Source: Methanomassiliicoccaceae archaeon
Lineage (GTDB): Archaea; Thermoplasmatota; Thermoplasmata; Methanomassiliicoccales; Methanomassiliicoccaceae
Direction: 5' to 3'
NCBI GenBank assembly: GCA_963728405.1
Contig: CAVSJV010000017.1
Location: forward strand, 288,001 to 352,000
Length of the DNA: 64,000 nucleotides
The position numbers and the translations under genes were made by a program. The notes under the pieces were generated by a model, which saw only the letters and a list, made by a program, of their open reading frames with translations, was not told where the DNA came from and did not search any database. How positions within the stretch are numbered: position 1 is the stretch's first letter; every line of letters begins with the position of its first letter. This document shows positions 31,254 through 43,953 of the stretch, piece after piece.

Positions 31254-31849
31254 TATCTTGTAGTACGCACCGCCTTGGTATAAATCCTGACGATGTCCCG
31301 GGCCGCCACGCTCCCTCGGCGCACGCTGCCTTCCTTGGCCTTGATGCTGTGGATGACCACCTGCTCCTTCCCGACGGTCATAAGGTCCCCCACGAAGAAC
31401 TCCTCGTCGGGCATGGCATCGACCTGGGTCGGGATGGTCTTGGTGTGCTTATTGATGGAGACCTTCACGATGACCTTATCGAACTTCTTGGCCCAGATGG
31501 TCGATATCTCCTTGGTGTCGCACTTCTCCACCCGGCGCCCGTCGCACTCCAGGCCGGTGACCAGGAGATGGGTGTCTCCGAGATACAGCTCGTCGTTGAG
31601 ACCGATCATCTCGCCCGCTTCCAGCTCGATCTCCTCCTTCTTGGAGGTGCCCAGCTCGGAGACGATGATGGGCACCTTGAGCATCTCTGGCTCGCGGACC
31701 ACGGTGGAGTAGGTGTGCTGACATTCCTGGCACTTCACCGTCGCTTCCATGCTATCCTGCTTCTTACTGATCTTTCCCTTGAGGACCTCATGGACGGCAT
31801 GTTCCCCGCAATTGGGGCAGTCCAGGTAGAGCGCGTTAGGTACAGTCAT
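31250..31849 (-). CDS. HVO_0476-family zinc-finger protein
   Basis: CPNC..HEVLK..VKCQEC, PIIVS, TIWA, duplicated beta domains. Confidence 0.8.
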   Translation of the reverse strand: MTVPNALYLDCPNCGEHAVHEVLKGKISKKQDSMEATVKCQECQHTYSTVVREPEMLKVPIIVSELGTSKKEEIELEAGEMIGLNDELYLGDTHLLVTGLECDGRRVEKCDTKEISTIWAKKFDKVIVKVSINKHTKTIPTQVDAMPDEEFFVGDLMTVGKEQVVIHSIKAKEGSVRRGSVAARDIVRIYTKAVRTTRY

Positions 31850-31897
31850 CTCAATCCAACTGCAACCATGAACCTTATGAGGGAATAAAATTATCGC

Positions 31898-32485
31898 TCA
31901 AGCAAACCTATAAAAACGTTCGATCGCGAAGGGGGCGCCGTGACCGGGGACGATCACCTCGGCCTCGTCAACGATGCGGCGCATGCTACGCAGTGCGGTG
32001 TCCACATCGTAATTGATCCCGGGGGGCACCCACCGGTCGTAGTTGTCCTTGGTGGGCATGGCATCGCCGGCGATCACGTACCTAGCGTCGTCGGCCTCCA
32101 CGACGACGCTCATGGAGCCCCGGGTATGGCCAGGGGTGTGGATCAACCTGATGCCGGGCCGGAGCTCACGGTCCTCCCCGACCGCCTCGAACCCCGGCCC
32201 CGGGCCCTCCTCGTGGCGGGCCATCTTCAAAGCACGAGGGAAAAGGTCGTCGTTGCCAATATGGTCATGATGCATGTGAGTGTTGACCACGACCTCGATG
32301 TCCCCCGGTTCGACGTCCAGGGACCTCAGTCCCTCCAGCAGGTGCGGCCGACGCTCCTTGCTGGAAGTATCTACCAGCACCAGGAAGCGGCCGCTTGTTA
32401 TCAGGGAGGCGGTGGAGTGGGCTTCGATGACAATGCCGTCCTCCTTATGCAGATACCCTTCACAGACGACCTGGACCGTGATCAC
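31898..32485 (-). CDS. MBL-fold metallo-hydrolase
   Basis: GTG start overlapping the rhomboid stop; THMHHDHIG, TPGHT, AGDA and VPGHG motifs. Confidence 0.9.
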   Translation of the reverse strand: MITVQVVCEGYLHKEDGIVIEAHSTASLITSGRFLVLVDTSSKERRPHLLEGLRSLDVEPGDIEVVVNTHMHHDHIGNDDLFPRALKMARHEEGPGPGFEAVGEDRELRPGIRLIHTPGHTRGSMSVVVEADDARYVIAGDAMPTKDNYDRWVPPGINYDVDTALRSMRRIVDEAEVIVPGHGAPFAIERFYRFA

Positions 32486-33374
32486 CGGATCTCGACCTCG
32501 TTGCCGCACTGGCAAACGAAACGGTCCTTGCGGAACTTCATCTTTCCGCCGCACTTCGGACATTGGGCATGTTCGGCGAAGTACTCTAGCCACGCATTCC
32601 GGACTGTCCTTGTGGCTCTCCTTCTTGATGTTCTCCAAAGCATTCTTGAGCTGCGGGGTGGTGGCCAGGGGCTCTAGCTTCGAGTAGTCCAGGGGGGCCT
32701 CGTCCTTCCTGCGCTGCTCCTCGACATTCCGTCCGATCAGCAGCCCCACCACCAGGCCGGCCATGAAGCCGCCGACGTGGGCCTCCCACGATACATTGCT
32801 GGGTATGAGGATCGCGAGCAGCACAGAGAACAGCAGCCAGCTCAGGGCCGAGAGCCACACCGGCACTCGGGGCAGGAAGATCGGCCCCAGGAGCATGGGG
32901 ATCTCGTCACGCGGGTAGAGGACCAGCAGCGCGCCGACCGCTCCGGAGATCGCCCCCGAAGCGCCGATCATATAGACATACGGGTTATCCCCCACCGCTA
33001 AATACGCCACCGCAGCCAGCAGCGCGCCGACGATGCCCGCCGAGAAGTATACCACGGCGAACCGGCGCTTGCCGATCCTCGCTTCCAGCGGGGAGCCGAG
33101 GAAGAAGAGGAAGAGCATGTTGCCCATAACCGTGCAGGAAGCCGCTGTGCACGAACATGCTGGTGAACACCGTGTACACGTCCGTGCCGTTCTGCAGGTC
33201 GATCGGCTGGAAGGCCAGGTCGGCGTAAAGCCGCCCCTGGTTGGCGAACAGGCTCACGAAGAAGATGGCCAGGTTGCCCAGCACCAGCAGGGGGGTGAGG
33301 TCAAACCTCTTCATCGCTCCCAGGACCAGGGTGGCGATGATGATGGCGATGACCAGCAAGGAGAATGGGTCCAT
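32482..33374 (-). CDS. Rhomboid intramembrane serine protease with C-terminal zinc ribbon (apparent frameshifts at 33131 and 32605)
   Basis: TSMFVH..FLH..GNM, GASGAI, AHVGGF; the C-terminus reads CPKCGG...CQCG after correction. Confidence 0.88.
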
Positions 33375-33533
33375 TTCGGAATGCCGATTACCTAGCTCGG
33401 TTAAGTCGATTTCGCTGTCCTTCGTCGTCTTTCCGATAGTATGTTGCACGAGAGACCTTTATCCAGAGATAGGACAATGCCCGGACCCAGCAGAGGAGCT
33501 AGAGAAAGGTGGACAATAGGGGGACGCGTTGAG

Positions 33534-34103
33534 ATGGAGTACCGGAAGGAGATCGACATCGCCGAGTGCGAGCTGGTGTACCCGCCCATGGAAGACACCT
33601 TCCTGCTCCTGGAACAGCTCAACATCAACGCCAGCGAGAGCGCCCTGGAGATGGGTTGCGGCACCGGATTGATCAGCTGCCACCTGTCCTTGGCGGAAGC
33701 GCAGTTGACTGCCGCTGACATCAATCCCCGTGCCGTGGCGTGCACCAGGGAGAATCTGAGAAGGAACGGTCTTGCCGGCCAGGTGATCGAGAGCGATCTA
33801 TTCATGAACGTGCATGGGCCCTTCGACCTCATCGTGTTCAACCCCCCCTACCTGGCCGCCGAAGAGGAGGGTGTGCTGGAGAGAGCGTGGGCCGGCGGAA
33901 AGGAAGGATTGGACGTCCTAGCGCCCTTCCTGGAGCAGGCGCCCGGCCATCTGAACCCGCGAGGCCGGATAGTGGTCCTTCTCTCTTCCGAGATGGATGC
34001 CGACATGCTTGAACGCCTTCTAGGACCGTTCCATCGCACTCGCCGGGGCTCTCGTCGCTATTTCTTCGAAGAGCTGTGGGTAGAGGAGCTCCGTCCGCTC
34101 TAG
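33534..34103 (+). CDS. HemK2/MTQ2-family methyltransferase
   Basis: VYPPMEDTFLL, LEMGCGTG, DINP, FNPPY and AWAGG motifs. Confidence 0.92.
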   Translation: MEYRKEIDIAECELVYPPMEDTFLLLEQLNINASESALEMGCGTGLISCHLSLAEAQLTAADINPRAVACTRENLRRNGLAGQVIESDLFMNVHGPFDLIVFNPPYLAAEEEGVLERAWAGGKEGLDVLAPFLEQAPGHLNPRGRIVVLLSSEMDADMLERLLGPFHRTRRGSRRYFFEELWVEELRPL

Positions 34104-34462
34104 GCCTTCCAGGCGATGGCCAGGATCCCGCTGATAAGGCCCAGGATGAACCCGAAGATGAAACCCCCGCCCACCAGGACCAGGCTGACCACCGAGAACA
34201 CGATGATGACCGCCCCCCAGCTCACGTGCTCGGTCGGCTGGGCATTGAGACGGGCTGCAGCGTAGATTATGATCACACCGAGCAGGATACCGATCGCGCC
34301 GAAGGCTAGCCCACCGCCGAACACCGCGATGCCCAGTGTCACTCCGACACCGAGGAGCAGCAGGCCGTTGAGCACCACTAGCACGCCGGCGATGAGCGAT
34401 AGCACGTAAGCGACGGTCAGCGCGGCAGCCACCGTCCTCATTCCCACGTCGTTGACAGACAT
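34100..34462 (-). CDS. Small 4-TM membrane protein (DUF6114-like)
   Basis: LSLIAGVL...GGGFIFGFILGLISGILAIAW. Confidence 0.7.
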   Translation of the reverse strand: MSVNDVGMRTVAAALTVAYVLSLIAGVLVVLNGLLLLGVGVTLGIAVFGGGLAFGAIGILLGVIIIYAAARLNAQPTEHVSWGAVIIVFSVVSLVLVGGGFIFGFILGLISGILAIAWKA

Positions 34463-34470
34463 TCTCTCAC

Positions 34471-34839
34471 CTATCCCTGCATGATGGCCCAGGCCCCACC
34501 CATGATGCCCAGCACCGAACCGATGATAAAGCCTCCACCAGCCAGCACCAGCGCTAGCACCGAGACGATCACGATCACCGCACCATACACCACGTGCCGC
34601 ACCGGGTTCGCTCTCAGATTATACGCCGCCCAAACGATGACCACCCCGTGGATGAGGATCACGAATCCGAAGATGAGGGCCCCGAAGCCCAGGTCCCCCG
34701 CCGCCGTCAGTATAGGGCCGGCTATCGCCACGATAAGGCCCTCGAGAAGAATCAGAACCCCGCCGATGATGGACAATATGTAAGGCCATGGGGGATAGGT
34801 AGTTCGGGTCGGATAGGTCGTCGTCGCATCTCTTGTCAT
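34471..34839 (-). CDS. Small 4-TM membrane protein (DUF6114-like), tandem paralog
   Basis: LSIIGGVL...GGGFIIGSVLGIMGGAWA; aligns by eye with the neighbouring gene. Confidence 0.7.
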   Translation of the reverse strand: MTRDATTTYPTRTTYPPWPYILSIIGGVLILLEGLIVAIAGPILTAAGDLGFGALIFGFVILIHGVVIVWAAYNLRANPVRHVVYGAVIVIVSVLALVLAGGGFIIGSVLGIMGGAWAIMQG

Positions 34840-35002
34840 CGTTCGTATCTCCGCTTTTTTCGCTCCCAGTTTTGCGGTCGGCGAGCATGGATAAAAGGCC
34901 AGCGTCCGCTTGAAAATGATTGTTTGAACTCTGGGCGGTCCCTGCGGTAATAATTGAGGAAATATCAAAAAAGTATTCATTAAGTGGTTTGAGGGTCGGC
35001 TA

Positions 35003-36872
35003 CTATTTTTTCTCCAGGAGCTTCTCGATCTCCTTTCTGAGCAGATCGCTGGCCACCTTTCCGTCCACCTTGCCTTTCAGTTCCGCCATGACCACGCCCA
35101 TCAACGGCCCTACCGCGCCTGCGCCCTTCTCCCGGACGAAGGCCTCTCGTTCCTTGATGATGCGCGCTACGACCGCCGCCGCCTCATCGGCGCTGACCAC
35201 GGAGATCCCTAGCTCCTTGACCGCCTCGGGGACCTTCTTCCCTCTGGCCACCAATCCGAGGACGCCGGGCACCGCTTCCTTGGCGAAGTGGTTCGCCGCA
35301 AGAGCGGCGAACACCTCCCGAAGCACCGGCTCGTCGAGCTTGGTGAGGTCGGCGCCCTGCCGCTCCAGCTCCGGGAGCGTTGACAAGAGGGTTCTGGCGG
35401 CCACGCCGGCCAGCTCTTTCGTTCGCGCCACCTCCTCGAACAGTTCGTCCCAGCCGTCCCTTACGATCTGGCGGGCCTGCTGTTCATGGATACCATAGGC
35501 TGAGGCGATGCGGGCGGTACGAACCTCCGGCAACTCGGGCAGATGGGCGGCTATGCGTTCGATGTGCTCTTGCTCCAGCGTGATCGGCGGCACGTCCGTC
35601 TCGGGGTACATCCTGGCCGCCCCAGGCAGCGGCCTCGAATAGGAGCTCGAACCGTCCGGCTGGGGGTCCCTGGTCTCTTCCGGGACACCGTTCAGCGCTT
35701 CGTAGGCTCGGGCGATGGCGGCGTGCAGCGCCGCTTCGGCCTTTCGCCCATCGTCGGCGCACAGGACGAAGGCGTCGTTCGGGCCCAGGTCCATGATGGC
35801 CCGTAGCTGATCGACGTAACTTTCGATCTATCCCATAGTTCGGCAGCTCGTCCGAGTGGAATATGCCGGCCACGCCCTTGGTCCGGGCGTACTGGGCCAT
35901 CTCCGCTCCTAAACGAAGTGTGGCATCTGGCGAGCGCATCACTCCGGCAAACCCGTGCAGTGGCGCTCCCAAGACCTTGCCCCCCTTCTTGATGGCCCCG
36001 ATCATTACCTTGGAGGGGCAGGAGGCGAACAGAGCGGTATGGTCCTTGATCTCCGCGACGGCCTTGCTGACGCCCCTTTCCTTGAGCATCTCCTTTATCC
36101 TGAGCAGAGAGCGTTGCCGCTCCACCTCCTTCTCCACGTAAAGGGGCAGCAGCCGCAGTTCCTGAACGCCCTTGATCTCCACCCTGGCTCCGCCGGGAAT
36201 GGAAATATTGACGTCCTCCCTGATGGTCCCTATGCCCCGCTTGACCTTTCGGGTGGCACGCATCATCGAGCCCAGACGTTGAGCGGCCTCCTTCACCTCC
36301 TCGGGGGTGTGCAGCTCCGGGCCGGTCGCCACCTCGATGAGCGGTATGCCCAGTCGGTCCAAGCGGTAGGTGACCTCTCCGGCCTTGGTGTCGACCTTGC
36401 GGGCGGCATCCTCCTCCAGGCAGAACGTCGGTACCGAGATCTTTCGTCCATTCACTTCCAGGAAGCCGTCCATGGCCACCATGGCGGTCCGCTGGAAGCC
36501 AGTGGTGTTGGAGCCATCGATCACCAGCTTGCGCATGAAGTGGACCTCGTCGACCGGGCGGGCCTGCAACATCGCGGCCACGGTCAGAACGATGTCCAAC
36601 GCCTCGGCGTTGGCGGCATGGGGCGGCTCCTCATCGGCGTCGACCAGGCAGGACGAGCGATGGGGGGTTTGATACCGGAACCGCATCTTCTTCTCGGCCT
36701 GCACCAGCGCGGCGCGATCGATCTCTCCCAGCTCCGATTGCGTCGGGCGCAACCGGCGGGTGATGGTGTCGCCCTCTTCCTCCACCAGAACGGTCTGGCA
36801 GTCGCAGAAGAGCTTCTTGGTGTCGAGCTGCTGGTGGATCTCCAGCCCGCAGGTCAGCTCGTGCTCAGTCAT
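35003..36872 (-). CDS. gatE: Glu-tRNA(Gln) amidotransferase subunit E (apparent frameshift near 35820)
   Basis: GLEIHQQL, RKLVIDGSNTTGFQRT, LDRLGIPLIE, RPLPGAARMYPETDVP motifs. Confidence 0.95.
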
Positions 36873-38164
36873 GCAGTTCCCTCCTTTCGGTCAGTTCGCC
36901 CCTGAGATCGGTGGTCATCAGCTCCGCGATCTTTTCCCTCTCGCCGGTCTGTCCGAGGACCCACATCAGCTTAACGTATGCGGTCTCCGGGAGCATGTCC
37001 CCTCCCGGGATCACGCCGGCGGTCACCAGGTCCCTACCCGTATCGTAGACGCTCATGTCCACCATGCCGTTCAGGCACTGGGAGGTCATCACCACGCTGG
37101 TCCCGTCCTCGATGGCCTTCCGGACCGCCTTGACCATGTCCGAGGACACGTGTCCCAGCCCGGTACCGGCGAAGACCACGCCCCTGCTCTTGGCGAGGAC
37201 GCCCTCGAAGGTCGATGGGCTCATGCCCGGATAGAAGTAAAGCAACGAGACGTTGGGCTCCATCGCCGTGCGCAGAGATACCTTGCCGGCCGATCGCTTG
37301 CGGTAGGGGGAGAGGTACTGCACGCCCCCCTCGAACTCCACCCGCGCCACCAGCGGCGAGTTCACGCTGTGGAAGGCGTCCCGGCGCGAGGTGTGCATCT
37401 TCCGGACCTTGGTGCCGCGATGGACGGCGGCGGCCGTGTCCGATGAGGTCTCGTGCATCAGGACGAACACCTCCGCGGCGTCGGTCTCCACGATGAACCG
37501 GGCGGCCGATACCAGATTGGTGTAGGCGTCCGAGGACGGCCGGTCCGAGGACCTCTGGGCCCCCACCAGCACGACCGGCCGGGTCAGGCCCTCGAGCATG
37601 AACGACAACGCCGCGGAGGTGTAGCCCATAGTGTCCGTACCATGGGGGATGATGCATCCTTCCGCTCCGGCGTTGATGCGGTCAGCGGCCGCCTCGGCGA
37701 TGCGCTGCCAGCTCTCCACTTTCATATTCTCCGAGAATATGGAGAACAGCACCTCCGCTCGCACGTCGCAGATGTCGGCGATCTCCGGCACGGTGGCGAT
37801 GAGATCCCCCGCCGATAGGGCGGGATGCACCGCTCCGGTGCGGTAGTCGACGTAGCTGGCGATAGTGCCTCCGGTCCCCAGCACGGCGACCGGCTTCTTC
37901 CCTTGGCCGTTCGCTACGGCCCGGGGCTTCTTCTCTTTGACCTCACCCTTGGTGATCAACCTTACCTCAGAGGTGGGTCGGACCATCACTCCGACAGTTG
38001 TAGCCGCTCTTCAGCTTGAGGACCAGGACGTCGGGATGGCTGAACTCGTGATGGGGCATGAGCGTGCCGGAGCGGTCCTGACCTTCGTCCCTCACCCTTA
38101 GGACATCGCCTTCGGCCGCTCCCAGCCGCTGTAATAGTTCGCTAACGTTCGGAGAATAGCTCAT
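36865..38164 (-). CDS. gatD: Glu-tRNA(Gln) amidotransferase subunit D (apparent frameshift at 37996)
   Basis: KLKSGYN/VG, TGGTIASYVDYRTG, HGTDTM, GAQRSSDRPSSD, KMHTSRRDAF motifs. Confidence 0.95.
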
Positions 38165-38212
38165 TGAGCTGACACCAATGCCAGAGATGGCGTCCATTGC
38201 TTAATATTGTCG

Positions 38213-38252
38213 TCAAAAATAGGAAATGGAAAAAGGTTTGGGGAAAGGGGTT
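38213..38252 (-). terminator. Pyrimidine/T-tract terminator after the large surface-protein gene
   Basis: Minus strand after TAA reads AACCCCTTTCCCCAAACCTTTTTCCATTTCCTATTTTT. Confidence 0.55.
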
Positions 38253-41200
38253 TTACTTCTTCCGGGCGAAGTACAGCGCACCGATGAGGACGACCGCGAT
38301 CACCAGGGCGATGCCGCCGATGACCAGGGGGTCCATACCGAACACGCTGTTCTTCTTTATGGCCACGGTAACGCCAGCCGCGGTGGCCTTGTCCTCCATG
38401 ACAAAGTTGCCGCTACCGGTGTTGTTGTCCTTGGTGGCCGAGACCTGGAAGGGGTTGATCGAGGTGTTCTGCTGGCCGTCCGCGAGGATGGCATAGTTGG
38501 GCAGGAATACCTTGAACACTCCCTTGCCGTCAGAGACGCCGGTGGCCCAGACCTTGCCGGCGGCGTCGGTGATGGTCACCGAGGCGCCAGCGATGCCGAA
38601 GCCATCCTGGTCCTTAACGGTCAGGGTCAGCAGGTTCTCGACGAACATCGCCGAGGTGTCCAGGACCTTGATCTTCTCCCACTCGCAGCCGTGGACGGTG
38701 ACCATGGAACCCTCCATGATGTAGATGTCGAAGTCACCTGCATCAAAGGTGGTGTCCGCAATCGCCGCGGTGCAGTCCTCCAGGAATATGGCGTCATCGA
38801 GGCACTGGATGCTCGCGCCCATGACCGTCACAGTCCGAGTTGGTGGCGAATATGCCATCATAGACGGTGAAGGGCAGGTCGAAGGCATACTTGGTGCCGT
38901 TCGCGCCATACCAGCTGAGGGTGAAGTAGTTGGTCTTCACGGTGTCCTTGAACACGATGGTCGAGTCGATCGCATAGACCGCGTACTGCAGGCTGCCGTA
39001 CTCGTTGCCGCTAGCATAGACACAGGAGCCCACCGAGTAGATACCCATGTGGTCGTCCATCATCATGTTGACGATGACGTCCATCAGCATGCCGGAGGCG
39101 GGCACCGAGGCCGACGGAGCGTCATATCTCCCTTCCATGAGCTCGGCGACATCGATGTCGATGTTGACTTTCAGCATATCCATAATCACAGTCATGATCA
39201 CGGATGCGTACGGGCTCGCGCCGTTAATCAGCCTGGAATACCCGATCTGGTTGTCCTCGACGGTGACGGTGCTGTCAATGACGAATATCTCCTTGTGGTT
39301 GAACAGGAAGATGTTGTCGTGGATAGCGCCGGTCACGTTCTCGGCGTAGATACCGGCCATGTAGTTGGACAGGAAGATGTTGTCGATGACCTTGTCCAGG
39401 CAGGTGTTGCGCGCGTAGATACCGCGTTCGTTGTAGTATATCAGGCAGTTCATGATCACCGGCTTGGCGTCAGCACCCTCGATGAAGATACCATCCATGC
39501 TCGCATAATTGATGATGCAGGATCGGATGACCGGGCTGCTGTTGTCGATGGTGATGCAGTTCCTGCTGGCACCGGAGATAGTAGAGCTGTCCAGGAGGAC
39601 AGTGGAACCCTCGGCGATGTACAGCTGGACGATGCCGCTGACGTAGCAGTCCATCATTTCGAGCGTGCCGTATACGTTGAAGAAGTAGTAGCCAGTGTAT
39701 GCGTAGATATCCGCGTTCCTGGCAACCATCTCTCCGCCGCAATCGATGTCGATCTTGGCCCTCTCATCGCCGAACTCGACCGGGATGAGCATATCGGTAC
39801 CATAGGTGCCGATGGCGAAGGACGCATAGTCCAGGGTGATCTTGCCGCCAGCCTGAACGTACAGGTCGCCGCCATAGAGGAGCACATCATTGTTGCGCAC
39901 CTCAGAGACCCCGTCAATGATCCACTCTGCCCGTACACAATATTCGACATATAGGCCGTAGTTGGAGTTGTCCGTGTACACCCCGTTGTAGATGATCAGG
40001 GCGTCACAGTCGACAACCACAAGGCCGCTGTACCAGTTCTGGTCGAAGGTGTTGTTTCCGATCACGGTCCAGGGGTTCTCGTCGCCATCACGGGCATCAG
40101 GAGCACCATAGTCCCCGTTGACAGTAACAGCCATCACCCTGGTTGTTGGCAAAGGTGTTGTACTCGATCCAGAGGTTCCAGCAGTCATAGAACTGGGCGC
40201 CATTCTGGTTGTTGTAGGCGACCCAGTTGTTGCAGAAGCTCAGGTTGCCCGTCTCGTCTACATCGACGCCGACGTCATTGTTGTTGATGACGTTCCTGGC
40301 GACGGTGATGTTGAAGCACTCATACATCTGGAGACCAACAACTGAGCCGCTGATGACACTGTCCTCGATGATCGCATCGGAGACACCAGTGAGATATACA
40401 CCGGTTCCTTGGGTCATCAGGATGAAGTTGTTCTTTAGAACGACCTTACCCTCGCTGACATAGATACCGTAGACGCTTGCCTCGATGCAATTGTCATCAA
40501 CAGTGACGTTGCCGCCGGTGATCCTGATGCCACTGCCGTACTCTACGACGATGTCATTGCTGACCGCGGTGACCTCACCGCTCTCGATGACGATGGCGGT
40601 TCCGGTTTCCATGTCGAAGGTGTTGTCCATCACCGACACTGGAATGCCCATGGATACATCCACCAGTAGGCCGATGGGGACCTCAGCGATAGACGGCGCT
40701 CTGAGCAGTTCCTCGATACCGGTGATGCAGTTGTTCTCTATGACGTATTCGAGGTCGAGGGTGCTGATGACACTGCAGTATTCATCCTCGTAGTCGTAGC
40801 CGTCATCTTCGGCATAGGCGACGATGCCATGCCCCCGTTCCATGGTCAGCGTGTTCTGGCTGAAGCAGAACAACGTGTCCACGGTAGCGGTCGCGTTTCC
40901 CATGTGAGCATCGGCGTCGACCTCGGCGCCTCCGGCCAGGCCGCAGCCAATGCCGGTGATGCTCAGTACGTTGTTCGTCGCCGTGACGTCGCCAACGATA
41001 CAGGCGACGGCGTCGGCATAGTAGGATCTGGCATCAGCGTTTCTGTAGACGTTCATGCCTACGAAGTTGTAACCCTCGATGGTGTTGTCATCGAAGAGCA
41101 CCTCGGACTCGATCAGCGCGCTGGCCAGCACACCATCGGCCTCAACGCTCAGGTACTGGAAGAGCTTGAGGCCGTAGCCGGAATAACCCCGACCGGTCGG

Positions 41201-43762
41201 AGCACCGACTCCAAAGACGAAATAGTTGTTGTCCACACTGTTGCCCTGAACCAGGACATCGTTGTATAGGACAGCGGTGGCGTTCTCCCAGACCGAGCAG
41301 TTCACGTCAGCCTCGACCATGCTCCCGCCCACCGTGAAGGTGTTGCAGGTGACGGTCAGAGGCATAAGGGCCTCGATGCTGGCGGACTCGCTGGCGTCGA
41401 TATTGACGAAGTAGTTGACGCCGTCATTCTCAAGGATAGCGGTGTTGCCATCGACGGTCAGGGCGTTCCTGATGAGAACGCTGGCCATGTCGTCAGCGTC
41501 GCCGTCCACGTTGTAGCGGACCATGTTCGCGTCGAGCTCTTCGCAGACGTTGTCCAGAACACAGACATCGCCGACAAAGTCCAGAGCGGACTCGTCATCA
41601 GCGGCGTACTCCCCATCGTAGCGAAGCAGCCCCTTGGCATCGGTCACGATGTTACCACTCACGCATACGGGGAAGTAAATGCACATCTCGCTGTAATCAG
41701 CGGCAGTGAAGCGCTGTCTCACGTCGAATGCGTAGACGTCAGCATACTCCACGATGTTGTCCACGAAGGTAGCGGCTCCGTTGAATGTGACCTCACCATA
41801 CCCGTAGGCATCGAGGTTGACGACGTAGTTCACCGCTGCTTCGTAGCATTGGGTGATGCTGTTGCCACGCACCACGAGGTCACCGGAGCAGATCAGGGTC
41901 GTGTTCTCCATGCTGGAGATCGTTTCTTCCCTGACCCGGACGAACACACCATAGTCACCGCCGGTGATGTCGTTGTTCTCCACGATCACGTCTGAGCAGA
42001 GAACAGCGGTACCGTTGGTTCCGAGGTCAAAGTTCCTCTCCACAATTATCCCGGCATACTGGTCCTCGGGAGCGGAGGGCGCGATTGGCATGCTGCCCGA
42101 TATGACGTTCCCGGAGACAGTGACCAGGCCGCGTATCTCGGCAAAGGCGTCATCGTCAGCGCTGACAGTAGTCGGACAGGTAGATGCCGCCATGAGACTG
42201 AAGAGCGATGACATTGTCCAGGACACATACCTCGACATTGATCGCGCTCTCAGCTTCTCCATAGGCTTCGGCCCATCTGTATATGGAGACGGCCGGGTCC
42301 CCATCGTCATTGGTGCAGTTGACCTGATTGCCCTCGAACCGCAGCGAGGCGTCCACAGAGGCGCAGCTGCGGTCAGCAACATATGCTCCGAAGTTCGCAT
42401 ACAGAACATCGTCCTCTGCGTCATCCACAATGTTGTTCAGGATGAGCACGTCGCCCTGGAAGGTCACTACAGAATCATCATAAGCTTCCAAGTTCCCGAT
42501 GCTGTAATCGAAGAGGTTGCTGGTCTGTCCGATTATGTTGTCAGCCACCATTATGTCCCTGGTCACGACCACGGTCGAGTTGTCAAAGGAGTATGCGTCG
42601 TATACAACCTCAACGACATCATAGTCGCAGATCAAGACGGTGTTGCCGGAAACGATGACGTCGCTGATGAGGAGGATCTCCGAGTATCCGTACGCCCCGT
42701 AGGTCACACTGTTATCCAGGACATACCCGTCCAGATTGGCCAGGGTGTTGTCGCAAACCACAAAGTCCCCATCATAGGTTACGGTGGAGTTCTCATCAAA
42801 CGCTCCTAAGTACATGCGGGGATTTAGGAATACATATCCCGTCTGGACCAGATTGTTGTCGGTTGCGATGACGTCCCTCGATGGTCGCGCTAGCGTTGCC
42901 ATAGGAGCGGATGTCTTACGTCATAGCGGAATGAGTTCCAATCTCCACTGGTCATGTTAATATTGTTGGATTGGAAGAGCACATCGCCGATTATTGAAGC
43001 AGTGGAGTTGCCCTGCGCATTCACTGTCCGGGAGAGATATATGACCCTACCGTAGCCGCTGAAATCGTTCCCAGAGATGTTAATGGGGCAGATTATCTCC
43101 ACGCTCTCCTCGTCGTCCGTGGTGACCGATTGCACAATGTAAACAGCGTTATAATCGCTGTAATTGAACGTGCAGCCTGTCACCGTGATGGGTGCCGAGT
43201 CGGTCAAAATGAAAATGATAGGTTCATTTTCCCCGTCGAGGAACATGCAGTTGGTGATCGGCACCGTGCAATTGTTCACCCGCACCGCCTGGGTGGCGTT
43301 GTCTATCCTGACGAAATCTAGCATCGAACTGACGCTGGTGTCAGTGAAGCTCAGACCGCCCCACATGGAACTGGTCTGGTTGCAGGTGAAATTGATCATC
43401 TGGTCCGCGGTGCCATCGGCGATCAAGGCGCCGTTCACAGTGATGACCACACCGGGGTCACAGAGGACGGTCACGTTGGGGTCCGATGGTCAGGGTCGCC
43501 CCTGCCTCTACAGCGAACGAAGCATTCACAATATAGGGCGATCCCGCCTCGCTCCATTGTGTATCCGTCAGTAATGTCGCTATAGACATACGTCGGACCT
43601 GCAGCACTGGCGTTCCCCTACGCTCATGCAGGCCATGATGACCACCATGAGTGCGAGGACGCCTAGCAAAACCAGCGACTTCCGAGGGAAGGCCGACTTG
43701 CTATGTAGCATGTCATTTGCATTTTCCGAATTCATAATCCTCACACCAATTTCCCCGGCCAT
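38253..43762 (-). CDS. Very large acidic surface (adhesin-like) protein with parallel beta-helix repeats and C-terminal TM anchor (six ORF pieces, apparent frameshifts)
   Basis: Signal peptide, SPYIV..V..GATLTI.P.VTV / G.LIADGT..I.FT..WGG motif, PbH1-like NN..YN..G repeats, carboxypeptidase-like domain, TM followed by RKK. Confidence 0.8.
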
Positions 43763-43953
43763 CTCCCTGCGTCCAGGGGGAGAGCCAAGATGGGCATGGG
43801 ATTAAATTGACCATACTTAAAGATAATCGTAAAAATTTAGAATGCTGAATGATATAATATGAATAAATTCTCGACGATGAGAATCTGCCTCGTTCGAATG
43901 TCCTAACGATATTAGGGGAATGCTAAATATCCCTAGAGCTTTTAATCGCCCTC

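Noticed and set aside
31898-33127. Rhomboid-MBL hydrolase fusion in the ORF track
   Set aside because: Artifact of the extra base at 32605. After repair the rhomboid ends with a zinc ribbon at 32482 and the MBL gene starts at an overlapping GTG.
34100-34839. Tandem small membrane paralogs as a novel system
   Set aside because: A simple local duplication with no associated enzyme or regulatory feature.
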